DNA of 57,201 nucleotides from Craspedostauros australis (Eukaryota), in the NCBI GenBank assembly GCA_030167865.1, contig JALAGF010004552.1, positions 1-57,201 of the forward strand, written 5' to 3'. A program made the translations under genes and the position numbers. Below the pieces are notes generated by a model. That model was not told where the DNA came from. It was given only the letters and a program-made list of their open reading frames with translations, and searched no databases. Within the stretch, counting starts at the first letter, position 1. Each line of letters begins with the position of its first letter. This document shows, piece after piece, positions 45,433 to 57,201 of this stretch.

Positions 45433-47137
45433 ATTCTACTATGCATAGCACCACAGACCTGAGCAAGGGGCGCTCCTCGAAGTTATCTGATGACCTGCGC
45501 AGCAATTCACGGCAGCCTCCTAATCCTCACTTGGCTGCCCGGTCGTTCCCTTGCTCTCTCCGCACGAACTGGCGACGTCAGAAATCGAATCGAAACCTGG
45601 GTAAACGGACTGCAACCTGTTCTGGTCCATGACATTCGAACTATACTCCAAGACAAATCTAAAGGTAAAGCAATCAGACAGGACAGAGCAACGAAGCTTC
45701 CTGACCCAGAAGCGTTGTGGAAACAAGGGAAAGTACCACACGTACGGGTACTCTCTATTGGTGTGCTCAACAATCGGATTCACAGGGACAACAGCACAAC
45801 AGGGATGAACTGCTCCGCAAGAGGAAGGAGACCACAAGAGGGACAGAATCAGCAGTTCTTCAAGGAATGCACTGTCGTTGCCGCTGAATGCTCTCTCCCT
45901 GTTCCACACAGCACTTATTGGCTTGAATTGTCCACGAAATCGGATAGAAATTGCGTTCCGTAGCTCTCTTCTTGTTTGGCCCCTGATTCAATCCTCTTGT
46001 TTGGAGAGGAGGGAAAGTACGGAGCAATGGTGTGCGGAGGTGTGTGCCACTGGCGGACATGCTGGTGGTTGCCTCCCATACTTGCGCGCGTGGCAGTAAC
46101 AGTTGTCGGCATTCTTCGCATTTCGGCAGTGGCTGTGCGATGGAATGGCCGTTTCTCTCTGGTTCAGCGATGACATTCACGATGGCGATGTCCTGTGTGA
46201 TCAAACGCGGAGATGCTGCACATCAATACGTTCTTTCAGCACGTTCGCACACAGAAGCGTTGCTGTGTCGATAGGGGGAATGCGAATCCAGAACTCTGTC
46301 CTTCACGCACAAGAATCGACCGTTGCGGATTCTGTTTTTGCGCAAAGGGCAGATTCCTGCCCAAGGTTCGTCCCGAGACTCTCACGCCACAAAGCAGCCC
46401 TCCCTGATGGACCCATCGGCCTGTCCAGGAGGTTGCCACCCTTCCTGCCAGTCCCACAGCGCAGACCGCTGTTCTCCCACGCGTAAAAACATCAGCAAAC
46501 ACTGGTTGGAGTTGATGGCCACCAACATCCCAGCCCGCGATGGGCAAACCGAACGTGCTGCGGCGTCAAAGTTTGCGCTCTCATTCGTCTGGTCTTGGCC
46601 ACTCGGGCCGTTCTCCGGGAAACAGGGCGGATAGTGAAGCATGGTGGGGAATGGCACCTCCCAAGGTCACCGCAGGTTAGAAGATAGAAATGTGTATTGG
46701 CATTGTAGATGGTGAGTGCCATACTCGTGCCATGTCACACAGACGGCTGCGGAATAAGCAAGTCCACGAGGGGGCAATTGAAAGGGGAGGCGTGGGTCGA
46801 GTGTTTCATGCATGCTGCTACTGGTGCGCGCATGGGGAGCACGAATACGCATTTACAGACATTACGGATGATAGGTATGTGCTGACTGCAAGGTTAGTTT
46901 ACGGGTCAATCTATGGATGGTATTGGTATTGGTATGAAGGTGATGTGTATGGTCCATGATGGACAGAGAGCATCCCCATCGAACAGAAAGAGCAGAGCAT
47001 CTGCTGCGCTGCAACATTCTGCCATGGGTCATTGCAGAATAGTTCAGAAAGAAGAGCTTGGGGCAGAGCAGAAAGCTGGACGTTCTCTTGGATGCATCGA
47101 GGAATGTAGGTCCCTGATCAAGTTCCCTGCAGCGCAT

Positions 47138-48421
47138 TTATGCTGCGCCTGCTGCGTTGCTCTGTAGGGAGAACAGATGGGAGATGTTCGTGAAGAACTT
47201 GTCCAGGTCTTGCCCCAGGACAACTTTCAATCCATCGGTGCTCAGCGGCGCCTGTGGCAACAGCAGCTGTTGCTGATGCTGAAGCTGATTGCGACGGCTG
47301 TGTTCTTGTTGCTGACAGCTGGCAGAATGCTGAGCAGAAAGGCGCAGGATGAAGTCCAGCAGGCGGAGCCAGCACTTGTCAGCAAGTTCGCACTGGTCCA
47401 ACTCGGCATACAGAATCCCAACATTGCTGAGGATTCCGAGGGCGCGGGACAGGTCGTGCTGCATCTCTGCTTCTGGCGACACGGAGAACAGTCTGTAGGC
47501 TTGCTCGTACAACCGCAGCGCCCGCGAAAGGAAGATCCGAGCTTGTGCTTTGTGGTTCCTGGACATCAGGGACTGCGCCTGGAGATGATGAGCAAGCGCC
47601 GTATTGTAGATTGTGACGGCGCAGAGGCTTTGGAAAGCAGATGATGCGAATCGCGTTGATGCTTGTGCTCCTGCTGTTGGTGTTGCTGAGACTGGTGGTT
47701 GCCCTGCGGGGTACATGGACACCAATCGGGCATCTTGGTAGAGAAAGCCATGCACAGAACTGAGCGGGCTCCCGCTGGAGATCGGCTCGAAGTTCAGCAG
47801 CCCGCATCCACTCCCGTTGCTGTCTCCGTCGAATCCTTCGCCTGCTCCTGGTGACTTCTTCTGGCTTTGCAGGGCGTTGATCGACAGTGTGCATGACGTA
47901 CGAGCTCGCTTCTTGCTTGGCTGGGATGTCTCTGCTGCATCTGGTGTTCGTGCGTCCATTCCGTTGCTCTCGATGGCACGAATGGCACCGCGGGCAGACC
48001 TGAGAGTGAGCGAGAAGCTTCTGATGGCATTCGAGTAGTTGGCATGTCTCATCTGCTGTACGCCTTCGTTGCACCGTTGGATCAGCGTGAGCAGCAGCCG
48101 CGACGATGTCGGAGGGGCCTGCTCCGGGCGCACAGAGACATTGACGTTGCTTGCTTGGGACATCACCCCGCTCGCACAGCAAGTGCAGCTGGGGGCGCGC
48201 AGTCTCTTGCCAAGGTGCGGCTGTTCCGGACTGCGATCTTGGAGCTGGTGGTGCTGTGCAAAAGGCCGCTGCCTTTGGACGCTTGTGTGAGGTTGGGGGA
48301 TGGAGTGCTCGTTGGAGGTACCCTCGCGCTCGCCAGGCGCAGCAGTCATCGATGGGGGGACGGGAAAGGCTTGTGTGCTCTTGCCGGCATGGTTATCTTG
48401 GTTGTTCTGCAGGCGCATCAT
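47138..48421 (-). CDS. Diatom-typical TPR-like helical protein (C-terminus AAGAA)
   Basis: Motifs RCNEGVQQMRHANYSNAI...FLYQ...AVTIYNTALAHHLQA...ALRLYEQAY...LGILSNVGILY...AAGAA*. The likely start is MMRLQ at 48421. Confidence 0.8.
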   Translation of the reverse strand: MMRLQNNQDNHAGKSTQAFPVPPSMTAAPGEREGTSNEHSIPQPHTSVQRQRPFAQHHQLQDRSPEQPHLGKRLRAPSCTCCASGVMSQASNVNVSVRPEQAPPTSSRLLLTLIQRCNEGVQQMRHANYSNAIRSFSLTLRSARGAIRAIESNGMDARTPDAAETSQPSKKRARTSCTLSINALQSQKKSPGAGEGFDGDSNGSGCGLLNFEPISSGSPLSSVHGFLYQDARLVSMYPAGQPPVSATPTAGAQASTRFASSAFQSLCAVTIYNTALAHHLQAQSLMSRNHKAQARIFLSRALRLYEQAYRLFSVSPEAEMQHDLSRALGILSNVGILYAELDQCELADKCWLRLLDFILRLSAQHSASCQQQEHSRRNQLQHQQQLLLPQAPLSTDGLKVVLGQDLDKFFTNISHLFSLQSNAAGAA

Positions 48422-51400
48422 GGTGGATGAGTGTTGATCAGTGCTGGTTAGTGCTGTTGGTGTTGCCGTTGGTGCAGTACTACTATGATGTGGTAAGAGG
48501 GTGATGGATCGGTTGGGTGGATTTTGTGGCCAAACCTGGCGGTGGTGGAGAGGATCTGCCAGCCACCAACAGAGACTTGTGCTCGTGTTGCCGCTTGTGG
48601 CCGTTGCCGCAGCCTGCGTGGCGTGAGTGCAGGGTGCTCGTACCGAAACAGGTCGTGCACCCACAGTTTCGGAACAGATCGTGCCTCCCTTGACAGCGGT
48701 GGCATGTTGTGAAGGAGCGAGAGCGTACCTGAAAGTGACTTTCTGTCCTTCGTTGCGATCCCCCAGTCGCCTCTTTCTCTCCCTGATCCACGACGAGGGG
48801 CTGAGTCTCCCCAGAGACGTTTCTCCTCGTGCGCGAGCATTTCTCTTCACTCATGATGTCAATCCCCATCCCTTTGCACGTCACCAACAAAGAGAAAACA
48901 AGGAGCCCCTGTCCTTGATGCGTGGGAAGCCAGTACTGTGTTGGTAGCAACCGTCCTCCATCCCTTTCTGAAGATAGAGGGAATTGCGGATGAGAACTCG
49001 TGCGATTGTTGGCGTGTGTGGGTGTGATGGCTGCGTTTGTGGTTGTTGTTTCCTGAAGCCTGTTTTGTTACAGATGTTCCTTCCGTCACCAAATTGTGTC
49101 CACAGAAACCACATTTGTGTCAATTGCGAAGTCGGTATTGAGGCGAAGGCCGATGTTGAAGCTGTGCGTCGTGACCGCGTTTGTCAATAACTTGGATTCA
49201 CAACCAGCACGCCACCGTGTGAACGACCATCATGGGAGCAAAACATCAACGTGACCGAGGGCTTTGGTGTGCGCAGACGACAGTGCCATTTCGCTAAGAG
49301 GGGGAACGGGCAATTGACACAGGAGAGAGACGCTGGAACATCAACCAAGTTACCGACACAACCCACACCGAACGCAAACAAGAGAAGACCTTTCTCACTT
49401 TTCCCCGAGTCCCTTCCATACGATCAACGTGGATCAGCGCTGGGAGAGGATGGCTCGACCAGCAGCTCGGGCGGTGGCATGCTCATGCGTAGATCGTACG
49501 AGTAAAACAGACATGTCGAGGTGTGTTTCCATCAAGTTCAACGCACAGACATCATTGATCAAAATCTGAGCAGCCTGGGAGGCTGCCTCAGACAGCACCA
49601 GCAAAACAAACTGCATGGATGGATTCCAAAGTTCAAGTATGGCAGAGAGACATCAACGATTGCAATGTACTCGATTGACGCCGACGCCGTTGTCCGCTTC
49701 CACTGTAGGCAAGTCTCTCCGAAAACAGAAGATCTCTCTGTCTCTCTCTCTCTCTCTGCGTGCGCGTCCAAGGCTGGTTCGTACTCCCCCGGGGAGAGTT
49801 GCGCTCAGACAATACCGCACGACAGGGAGGATTCACGATGACCTCTCATCACGAACTCGCAGTGCATCACGTTGCTCTTCTGCTCTGACTCGCAATCACT
49901 CGCGTGGTCTTGCTCTGAGCGAGCATGATTCTCGCCCCAGTCATGGTCATGGGCCTTTGTGGAGAGGGCACGTGATGGTCAAGAATAATAGAGTGCGGTG
50001 GTGTGCCATGCCAGAATCCTCGGTGTGGAACAAGAGCACGAGATCCTGATCGCTCTACACTTACCCTGTGACCGCGCATCGGGCGATCAAATCCACGGAT
50101 GACCGCTATTCGACGAGGCCAACTGCGCACCGGTATTCGTGTGATCAGATCGTCGTGGAGGCTCTTTGTGACGGATACGGCTGTGCCTCCTGAGTGCTGG
50201 ACTGGCACGGATGAACTTTCCTCCTTCGTTGAGATTGTTGTTGGCGACGGTCGTGAACATCGCAGCCCACTTGGCGCGACTGTGAAAATGCCGGGATGTG
50301 TTGGTGTTGGTGAAGAAGAGATGAGATGGGAATGCTCCCCCATCAAGACCGGAGACTCTCTTGGGGAGGACTTTGCGACTTCCAGAGATGGACCATTTTG
50401 ACGTGGCCCCACACATTATCCTCTGTCTCTCAATCTGATGAGTGAACGAGTGGGAACAATCAATCGGATGCTCTACCGCGCGAGAGAGGTTTGTTGTTGC
50501 GGTTGGGACCAACTCCGCAGTCTTGGACGGTGATGGCTTGCAAGGTGCAGAGGACTCGCATGAGCAATGTTGGCACGCAGAGCTTCTGTTCGATACGGAG
50601 TAGCTCGCACGCACCAGTCGAGGCACGATACTCCATACATCGAGGAACCATCACTAGCTCGTACCCTCTCCCCAGACAAAGCATACTCGTGCCAGCTATT
50701 CATACGCAATAGTTTTTGTACCGCGCAATCCTGTCTCAGCGAGTATGACTAGCTGTCGCCAGGTGTGCGCGTGTCGTAGGTCGGACTCGCGAGACAGTGT
50801 CCTGGCAGCAACACGGAAGGGTGGATTGATTAGGCAGGATAGCTTTCGTGCTTCTATAATGGCATCGACATCCGCCACTTCGACTGTCTTGGAGAATGTC
50901 GGTCTCTCGGTGTCGCCACATCGACAGCGATGCAGGCGAGATCTGGCGATGCTCATCCATAACCAGTGATGGGACAGGTGTCGCCTTTGCTGTATCATGG
51001 CATTCCATTACACATGAAGCGCATCCCGCTGAAGAGGATACCTCTGGCTCGCACTGAATCGGAGTATCCGTGCAGCATGCGGTTCCTTCTGTAGCCCTCC
51101 ACTCGTGCGGCCACAGAGAGAGAGAGAGAGCGAGCGAAGGAAGGAAGGAAGGAAGGAAAGACCCGATTTGTTCATGCGGCGGTACAACACATGCTCCTCT
51201 CGGCAATCGGCTGCAAGGCTCAACGACACATCATGCAACCAATACAACCACCGCGACCTGTCAAAAAGGATAGAAATAATCAATGGAATTTCCTCTTCGC
51301 TCGCACGTGCTCTTGTTTTCGCGATTGCTGATACACGGAAGAGAGCCTCCGTGTCTCTCGCAAGGGGACAGAGCGGCGTGCGATCTACGACGATCTCTCA

Positions 51401-52602
51401 TGGTGACAAACACGAGCAACGGCGTTTGCTGTCGGTATCTCTTGGGCTTTGGCTGTTGCCATTCACGCCAGATTCGTTGAGTGGACACGAACGCAGCTAT
51501 GGCTATTGGCACAGTCGCCATAGTCCCCAATCAACCAAAGAGGCGCCTGGTTGGACATTGCGAGCCCCAAGGAAGATCAGTACGACCGATGTATTCGTGG
51601 AGAAAACACCGTCACCCGCCGCCATACTCATACGAGCAGCTCGTACCATAGTCGTAGCTCGTGCGCAGAGGAACCTGGATGGGCCACCCCTGTCGCTGGC
51701 TTTCCATCAAGGATCGTGAGGACAAACTCGCGACATTCCCCAGAGTCAGTCAAGACCAAACACAGCTTTTTCTGCTTTTGTCACGCATGTGCGCAAGCGG
51801 GGAAGTGGTGACTGAAGAACACAGGCGAAGATCCCCCTCAAATCGCTCGTCGCGGGCGATTTTCTCCGAAGGGCAACTCCAGCAGAAGCAACGCGACGCA
51901 CGATTTCCGCCGACGGCGTCAAGGTTGCTATTGCTATTGTACGGAACGTCGACGATGGCTCGAAGCCCTTCTTGGTGGATGGAAATGGAATGGGGTCGTG
52001 GTTTGTTCTTTGGTCATTTCACGCTCCCGAAGTTGTTAGCGTTTCGAGGCGATTTGCGATGTTTGGTTGTGGATGACTAGTCGCGATTTGGCGCCATATT
52101 CAGACGTTAATGACCGTTACATTCATTCTTGGCGCCAGAATTGCACAGACAGCGAAAAAGAACACCGTTGGGATGTTTCGGAACATCTTGTGGAGAAAGA
52201 GACAGACAAGCGTACAAGGCCAGTTTGTGCAAGGCATGATTCAGTCCCGGGAGATCGAGAATGAGAACACCAAAGCGCAGAGAAGGCGGTACACAACACA
52301 CGATGAGACGACGAGAGAGACAGAGGCAGAGAATGGGGAAGCAAAGAGCGCCAAACCCTGTGGACACCAACAGGAAGAGCATGACATCAGACCACCATAC
52401 TGCGGAGAGAGTGCAGATGCCAACAGTCGTGCTACTCGTGCATTGATACAAACTCGTATTGTAGAATACAACAAGCGCACACGCACCGAAAGGAAGAGAT
52501 ATAGTCAGAGAGAGAGACGGAACGATACCGATAACGACCGGCAGCTGAGCCATCGCGACGTTGGAGTCTGCCTTGGATCTGCGCGCGCCACGGCCAACGA
52601 CG

Positions 52603-53016
52603 ATGTCAGCCGCGACATCGAAATCGGGTCTCTCATCGGAATCGCCACCTTTCAATCCTGGGATAAGCAACGGGGCATACTCCCCCTCATCCGGCAACGG
52701 ACTTTTCAAGAACTACGGCAGTCAACAACGCATCGCCAGCAACGGGAGCCTCAGCGCCATGACTTCCAACCGGTCGCGCTCCAATTCGCCCTACAGCGGC
52801 GGCAGATCGACCAGCAGCAACCTCGCCAACGCAGCGAATGCTGCTGGTGGTCCTGCCAATCCTCACACCAACGCGGCGCCCAAGTACACCTTTGAGCACG
52901 AGGGGTGCGTCCTTTCATCTGTCTGTCCGTCTGTCTGTACGGTGTACTGTTGTGAGTGGTATCCTGACCCAATCTGAGCAATCTTTGGGTTGTCGGCTGC
53001 TGCTTTGATGCATTCA

Positions 53017-53055
<39 letters not shown>

Positions 53056-54309
53056 AATTGAATTTCGCAGATGGGTGAGTGCTCTCTTACACTGAAGTGT
53101 GCGAGACTCTAACGCCTTGCATCATCAAATCATGCTCGTCTTCATTCGTATTCTTCTGATACGAAAACATGTCGTTTTTCATCTCATGGGGATCGAACAT
53201 TCGGCTAAACTTGCACATGGACATGGGAATGGGAATGAACACCAATGTGGAAACCAATGTGAACACCAATGTGGAAACCAATGTGAACACCAACTTGAAC
53301 GCCAACGTGGAAACCAACGTGGACACCAACGTGAACACGGACATTGAATGCCAAAACGGAAACTTGATGGACACATCGTCGATGCATACGCACCTTCTCA
53401 TAACTCGCGCTTATGCTTACACTTTCTGGTTGGCGCAGGGAAACGCTGGAGATCCGAAATGTTTGGGCAGAGAATGTCGCAGAGGAGATGGCGGTGATCC
53501 GCGAGGTCATCGAGAAGTACCCGTACGTTGCTATGGACACGGAGTTCCCCGGAGTTGTGGCAAAGCCAGTCACGGAGAGCTACACGTCCGACTTCCATTA
53601 CAAATCGCTCAAGGTCAATGTGGACCTGCTCAAGATTATCCAACTCGGCCTCAGCTTCGCGGACGAGAAGGGCAACCTCTGCAAGCCGCATTGTTGCTGG
53701 CAGTTCAACTTCAAGTTCGATCTGGATGATGACATGTTTGCGCAGGACTCCATCGACCTCCTCATCAAAAGCGGTATCTCCTTCGCTGATCATGCCGTGC
53801 GCGGCATCGACCCCCAGCACTTCGGTGAGCTCCTCATGGTCAGCGGCCTCGTCTTGAACGATCGGGTCAAGTGGGTCTCATTCCATTCGGGATACGATTA
53901 CGCCTACCTCATGAAGCTCTTGACGACGGTGGACCTGTCATCCACGGAGAAGGAGTTCTTCGAACTGCTGCGGATCTATTTCCCAAAGATCTACGACATA
54001 AAGTACATGACGTCGCTCCTCGATGGGCATCACTTCATGGGCGGTCTGCAACGTCTGGCGGATGATCTGGGCTGTCAAAGACTGGGTGCGGAGCATCAGG
54101 CCGGGTCGGATAGCCTCTTGACCATGGCGGCATACTTCGCTCTCGTCAAGGCCAAGTTCACCAATAAAAGCACGGGCAAGGTGGACGACTCGCGGTATGC
54201 GAACGAACTGTTTGGATACGGCACCAACCACACCGTCCGGAAGGGTGCGGCGGCGGCAGCTGCTATGGCGCAGCGGGAGATGTCCTTCTCTTCCAATGCC
54301 AGCGAGTAA
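52603..54309 (+). CDS. CAF1: CAF1/POP2 (CNOT7/8) DEDD deadenylase, 2 exons
   Basis: Exons 52603-52904 and 53439-54309 (GTGCGT...GCAG) give HEG-ETLEIRNVWAEN. Motifs are AMDTEFPG, NVDLLKIIQLG, WQFNF, FHSGYDYAYL, IYDIKY and HQAGSDSLLT. Confidence 0.95.
53017..53060. repeat. Intronic (ATTG)n microsatellite
   Basis: About 10 units visible. Confidence 0.9.
53238..53339. repeat. Intronic 12-bp minisatellite (AACACCAATGTG / GAAACCAATGTG alternating)
   Basis: About 8 degenerate units visible. Confidence 0.85.
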
Positions 54310-54744
54310 CGGGAATCTGGGAGCGAAGGAGGATGGATGCGCTTGGTGTTGCTCGAGGCGTGTCGCTGCTCTCTGGTACGATGGGTTCTCAAATGCGCAA
54401 GTAATGACACCATCATCCTGCTTCGAAACAATAGCGATACACAAACAACTACTCTCTTCCACATGTTCTGCACACTCTGAACCGCATGTCACCGACAGCG
54501 ACGAAGTAAGTTGGCGAATGACCATAGACAAGGCTAATTTTGCGCTCCCGCTTTCGGCGACGACTGGGTCTGTCTTGAGAGAAGGGCACTGAAGCACCCC
54601 CAATGGACGTAGTACTCGTACTTTGAAGATCGACGCATGCACCGATGTCTGATTCACCATGACTGCTCTGCGTTTGAATGCTGGGCGTTGCAGCATCGCA
54701 TGACAATGATCGGTGCTATCTGCATTGCGCTTGACGAGTACGAG

Positions 54745-56469
54745 TCAATGGACCGTCAGGCTCGTGTACTTGCTCCCGCGATGGAACAGATCGACGAGAG
54801 GACCAACGCCTCCCACGGCCAACAAGGACGCACCGTCGCAGATCGCAGAGGCCTTGCCGCTGGAACTGCTGCACGATTGTTGTTGCGACAGTTCGTCCTG
54901 CTCGAGCTGGTAGGGCGATTCGTAGATGGAGATGACGCCCCGGTTGGTGAAACTGGCCAGAGAGGCCCCATCGAAGATATCGCATTGGGTTGGCAATGGT
55001 TGGAGATGCTGAGGGATGTGATTGGTTCGCAGGCAGGAGACCAGGCTTCGTGTCGGCCCATGCCAAGTGGCGATGTATCCGTCGTTGGGGTGCGGTGCTG
55101 GCAGTGCTGTGGCAGTCGTATTGGCGCTTCCAACGGCACCGGTTGCCATTTGGTGATATCCCAAACAATCCATGCTTCCCCCGATCGTCCACCATGATGC
55201 TGATGAATCCGCGACGATGGAATTTATGCACGGAATGCCCGAGAACGCATTGTTGGGTGATCCTGCTGCTGTTGCCGGCGTCGTGGTTGATTTGGATTTG
55301 CTGCCAAATTGGTACACTGGCTTGGTCTTGCCGTAGTACTTGACGGCATCTCCAACGTCAATGATCTCGCCGCCTTGGTCGGTTGCGCCAGCGTTAATGA
55401 TGCCGAGATGACCCGACGTACGATTCCTAAAATCGCAACCACTGATGAGCAACAAGGGATGCTGTGTGGCATTGGACAGCGACGATGATGGCGGCACAAT
55501 CTCGAGCTTCGGCGTTGGCATTCTTGGCGCCAAAGATGCGAATGAAGGCAGAGATGATGAAGACCCGGATTCGTGCTCACCACTCCAAGAGGCTACAGGG
55601 TTGGACAGCAATCCTCTTCGACTTGCGGTGTAACCGAAGGGATCAATTGATGTCGCGGCGTTCCGTCTCGCCACCTGTGCATTTGATCGTCCATGGATGG
55701 AAACGAGTTGCTGCGACTCCAAATCCAGCTTGAAGACAATCATGTCATGAAGTGGCGATGCACCGAAGACGTGCTGTCCATAGAGTTTGGTCTGGCAGAA
55801 CGAGGGCAAGGGCGTGCTGGTCCTGATCGAGAGCGGTTGCAAGGTGGGCAACGGACGAGTCCTTGCGCTTGTAGTTGTCGCAGATCCCGACGCGGTTCCA
55901 TCGCTTGCCTTGAGCACGTCATCTTTGAAGTCCAGTACGTACAGCCCTTCCTCGGCTGTCACGAGCAGCTTCGTCTCAGCGACCGGCACGTCAGCCGTCG
56001 ATGCTGATCCGCAGTTGCTAGGAATGGTCTGAATGGACACAATGGGCTTTGACGACACTTGACAGATCGAAATTGGCTCCGACTGCTCCGCGTCATTCCG
56101 CCGTGCCTCTGCGTCACTGCGCGATTGTGATGGCGCAGGATCGCCATCCTCGTTGGCCACAGCCTCGGGCGATGCGTCTGCCGGAGCATCGATCTCCCAA
56201 ACCACGATGCTTCCTTGATTTGTCGCCGCCAGAACAAAGACGACCTTCGAAGAAGCCGTGGTGACGTCGTCAACATCGAGAGCGCCGTGAAGGAAGAGAA
56301 GATCGTTGATCTCAATGTGCGGCTGGACGGACTTGGCTCTGCGCTGCCACAGCAGTTTGCACGTGCTCAGCTCCCTGCGCTTTGTATCGCCTCCGCCAGC
56401 TCCCAGCAGAGCCTCGCATGGCGGCGGCAGTCTCTTCAGCCGTTTCGTTGCCTGGACCATCGTCGTCAT
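54745..56469 (-). CDS. Divergent WD40 protein, probable THO complex subunit 6 (THOC6/DWA1-like)
   Basis: The segments LAATNQGSIVVWEI, DSSASWWTIGG...IATWH and the C-terminal LAVGGVGPLVDLF resemble, from memory, THOC6/plant DWA1 segments. There are many insertions. Confidence 0.55.
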   Translation of the reverse strand: MTTMVQATKRLKRLPPPCEALLGAGGGDTKRRELSTCKLLWQRRAKSVQPHIEINDLLFLHGALDVDDVTTASSKVVFVLAATNQGSIVVWEIDAPADASPEAVANEDGDPAPSQSRSDAEARRNDAEQSEPISICQVSSKPIVSIQTIPSNCGSASTADVPVAETKLLVTAEEGLYVLDFKDDVLKASDGTASGSATTTSARTRPLPTLQPLSIRTSTPLPSFCQTKLYGQHVFGASPLHDMIVFKLDLESQQLVSIHGRSNAQVARRNAATSIDPFGYTASRRGLLSNPVASWSGEHESGSSSSLPSFASLAPRMPTPKLEIVPPSSSLSNATQHPLLLISGCDFRNRTSGHLGIINAGATDQGGEIIDVGDAVKYYGKTKPVYQFGSKSKSTTTPATAAGSPNNAFSGIPCINSIVADSSASWWTIGGSMDCLGYHQMATGAVGSANTTATALPAPHPNDGYIATWHGPTRSLVSCLRTNHIPQHLQPLPTQCDIFDGASLASFTNRGVISIYESPYQLEQDELSQQQSCSSSSGKASAICDGASLLAVGGVGPLVDLFHRGSKYTSLTVH

Positions 56470-57201
56470 CTTCACTCTATTTTACTCTATGTATTGTATC
56501 ATGTGTTGTGCTTAGTGGGAGTGCGGGTGAGAGAGAATGGACGGGACGAAGTGATTGTGCTACAGGCAGAGCGATGGCAACAGCATCGGTTTGTGCTTCC
56601 CCACCAACGAAACAAAACAATTGTTCGCGATGCGCAAACTCAACACCAAACAACGATCTCCGTCTCTAGGAGGTTGCGGTATTGTTGGAAATCGCACCGC
56701 AGACTTCGGTGCGCACAAAAATCCGACGTATGCACGACAGACGACCAAAGTCTACCCAAAGTAGACACAAAGTTAGACTTCTGAAAACGCAGTCCTGAGT
56801 TTGATTGGCACAATAGTGTACATCGTACTTAGGCACACACTCGGTTGCACTGTTCCAAGTTAAGATCATACTTCCATCGCATGTTCCTCCACCATAAAAT
56901 CACCTGAACTGATTATTGTAGAGTATACTTGATGGCAAAGAGCATCAATGGCCTCCTTCTCGTTGCTACATTCACACTTCTTCCAACAATTGACATCGTT
57001 GAATGGAATAACAAGCACGCCAGTCATTGTAAGATGCCTGCTTTAAGGTTGGCTATTCGTCGGAAACAAGTAATCGAGACATCTATGCGAATCATGGTAT
57101 CGATAGCATTGAAGATATTTGCAATCAGAGTTCTATCTTCGAATGCTGGACATGTAAGGCACCACCCGGATCGGTCAGCATTGATCATGGTATTGAATCT
57201 A

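Noticed and set aside
48850-52600. Multiple 60-260 aa ORFs in a long intergenic region (also 9300-11300, 32600-34600 and 45500-47100)
   Set aside because: No motifs or coding-like composition, and the region is microsatellite-rich. No tRNA, rRNA or snRNA signature was recognised by eye.
53238-53339. Regular repeat array considered as CRISPR or as a coding NTNVET repeat
   Set aside because: No unique spacers, no cas genes and a eukaryotic context; it is an intronic minisatellite.
13062-56469. Apparent enrichment of RNA-metabolism genes (RPS3A, uS17m, TrhO-RluA, RPAP1, CAF1, THOC6-like)
   Set aside because: They act in different pathways and compartments and are interspersed with unrelated genes, which is consistent with chance.
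56800-57201. AT-richer terminal segment, possibly the edge of a transposon
   Set aside because: No ORF, terminal repeat or motif is identifiable within the window.

Overview
This is eukaryotic nuclear DNA, almost certainly from a diatom (species not determinable). The evidence is GT-AG introns, a light-harvesting (LHC/FCP) gene with a spliced bipartite 'SAAAFAP' plastid presequence, and several diatom-typical families (DUF6824, 'RGLE' proteins, TPR-like proteins ending A-x-A-A). About 17 protein genes are supported: a secreted Cys-repeat/mucin protein, an orphan Gln-rich protein, LHC, RPS3A, mitochondrial uS17, a TrhO/TSTD2-like rhodanese fused to an RluA-family pseudouridine synthase, a secreted and probably GPI-anchored bacterial-type S41 peptidase, a Golgi-type sulfotransferase, an RGLE protein, a CDIN1-like nuclease, a CRAL-TRIO-like/DUF6824 protein, two TPR-like paralogues, RPAP1, type II NADH dehydrogenase, CAF1 and a THOC6-like WD40 protein. 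Mobile DNA consists of a 5'-truncated LINE remnant and a TIR element with piggyBac-like CCCT...AGGG ends and an ATAT target duplication that spans an 80-N gap. The most notable items are the TrhO-RluA fusion, the surface-displayed S41 peptidase, the Cys-repeat mucin, the ATAT-flanked TIR element and a hairpin-rich 943-nt RPS3A intron. All family calls come from manual motif recognition; no database searches were run.
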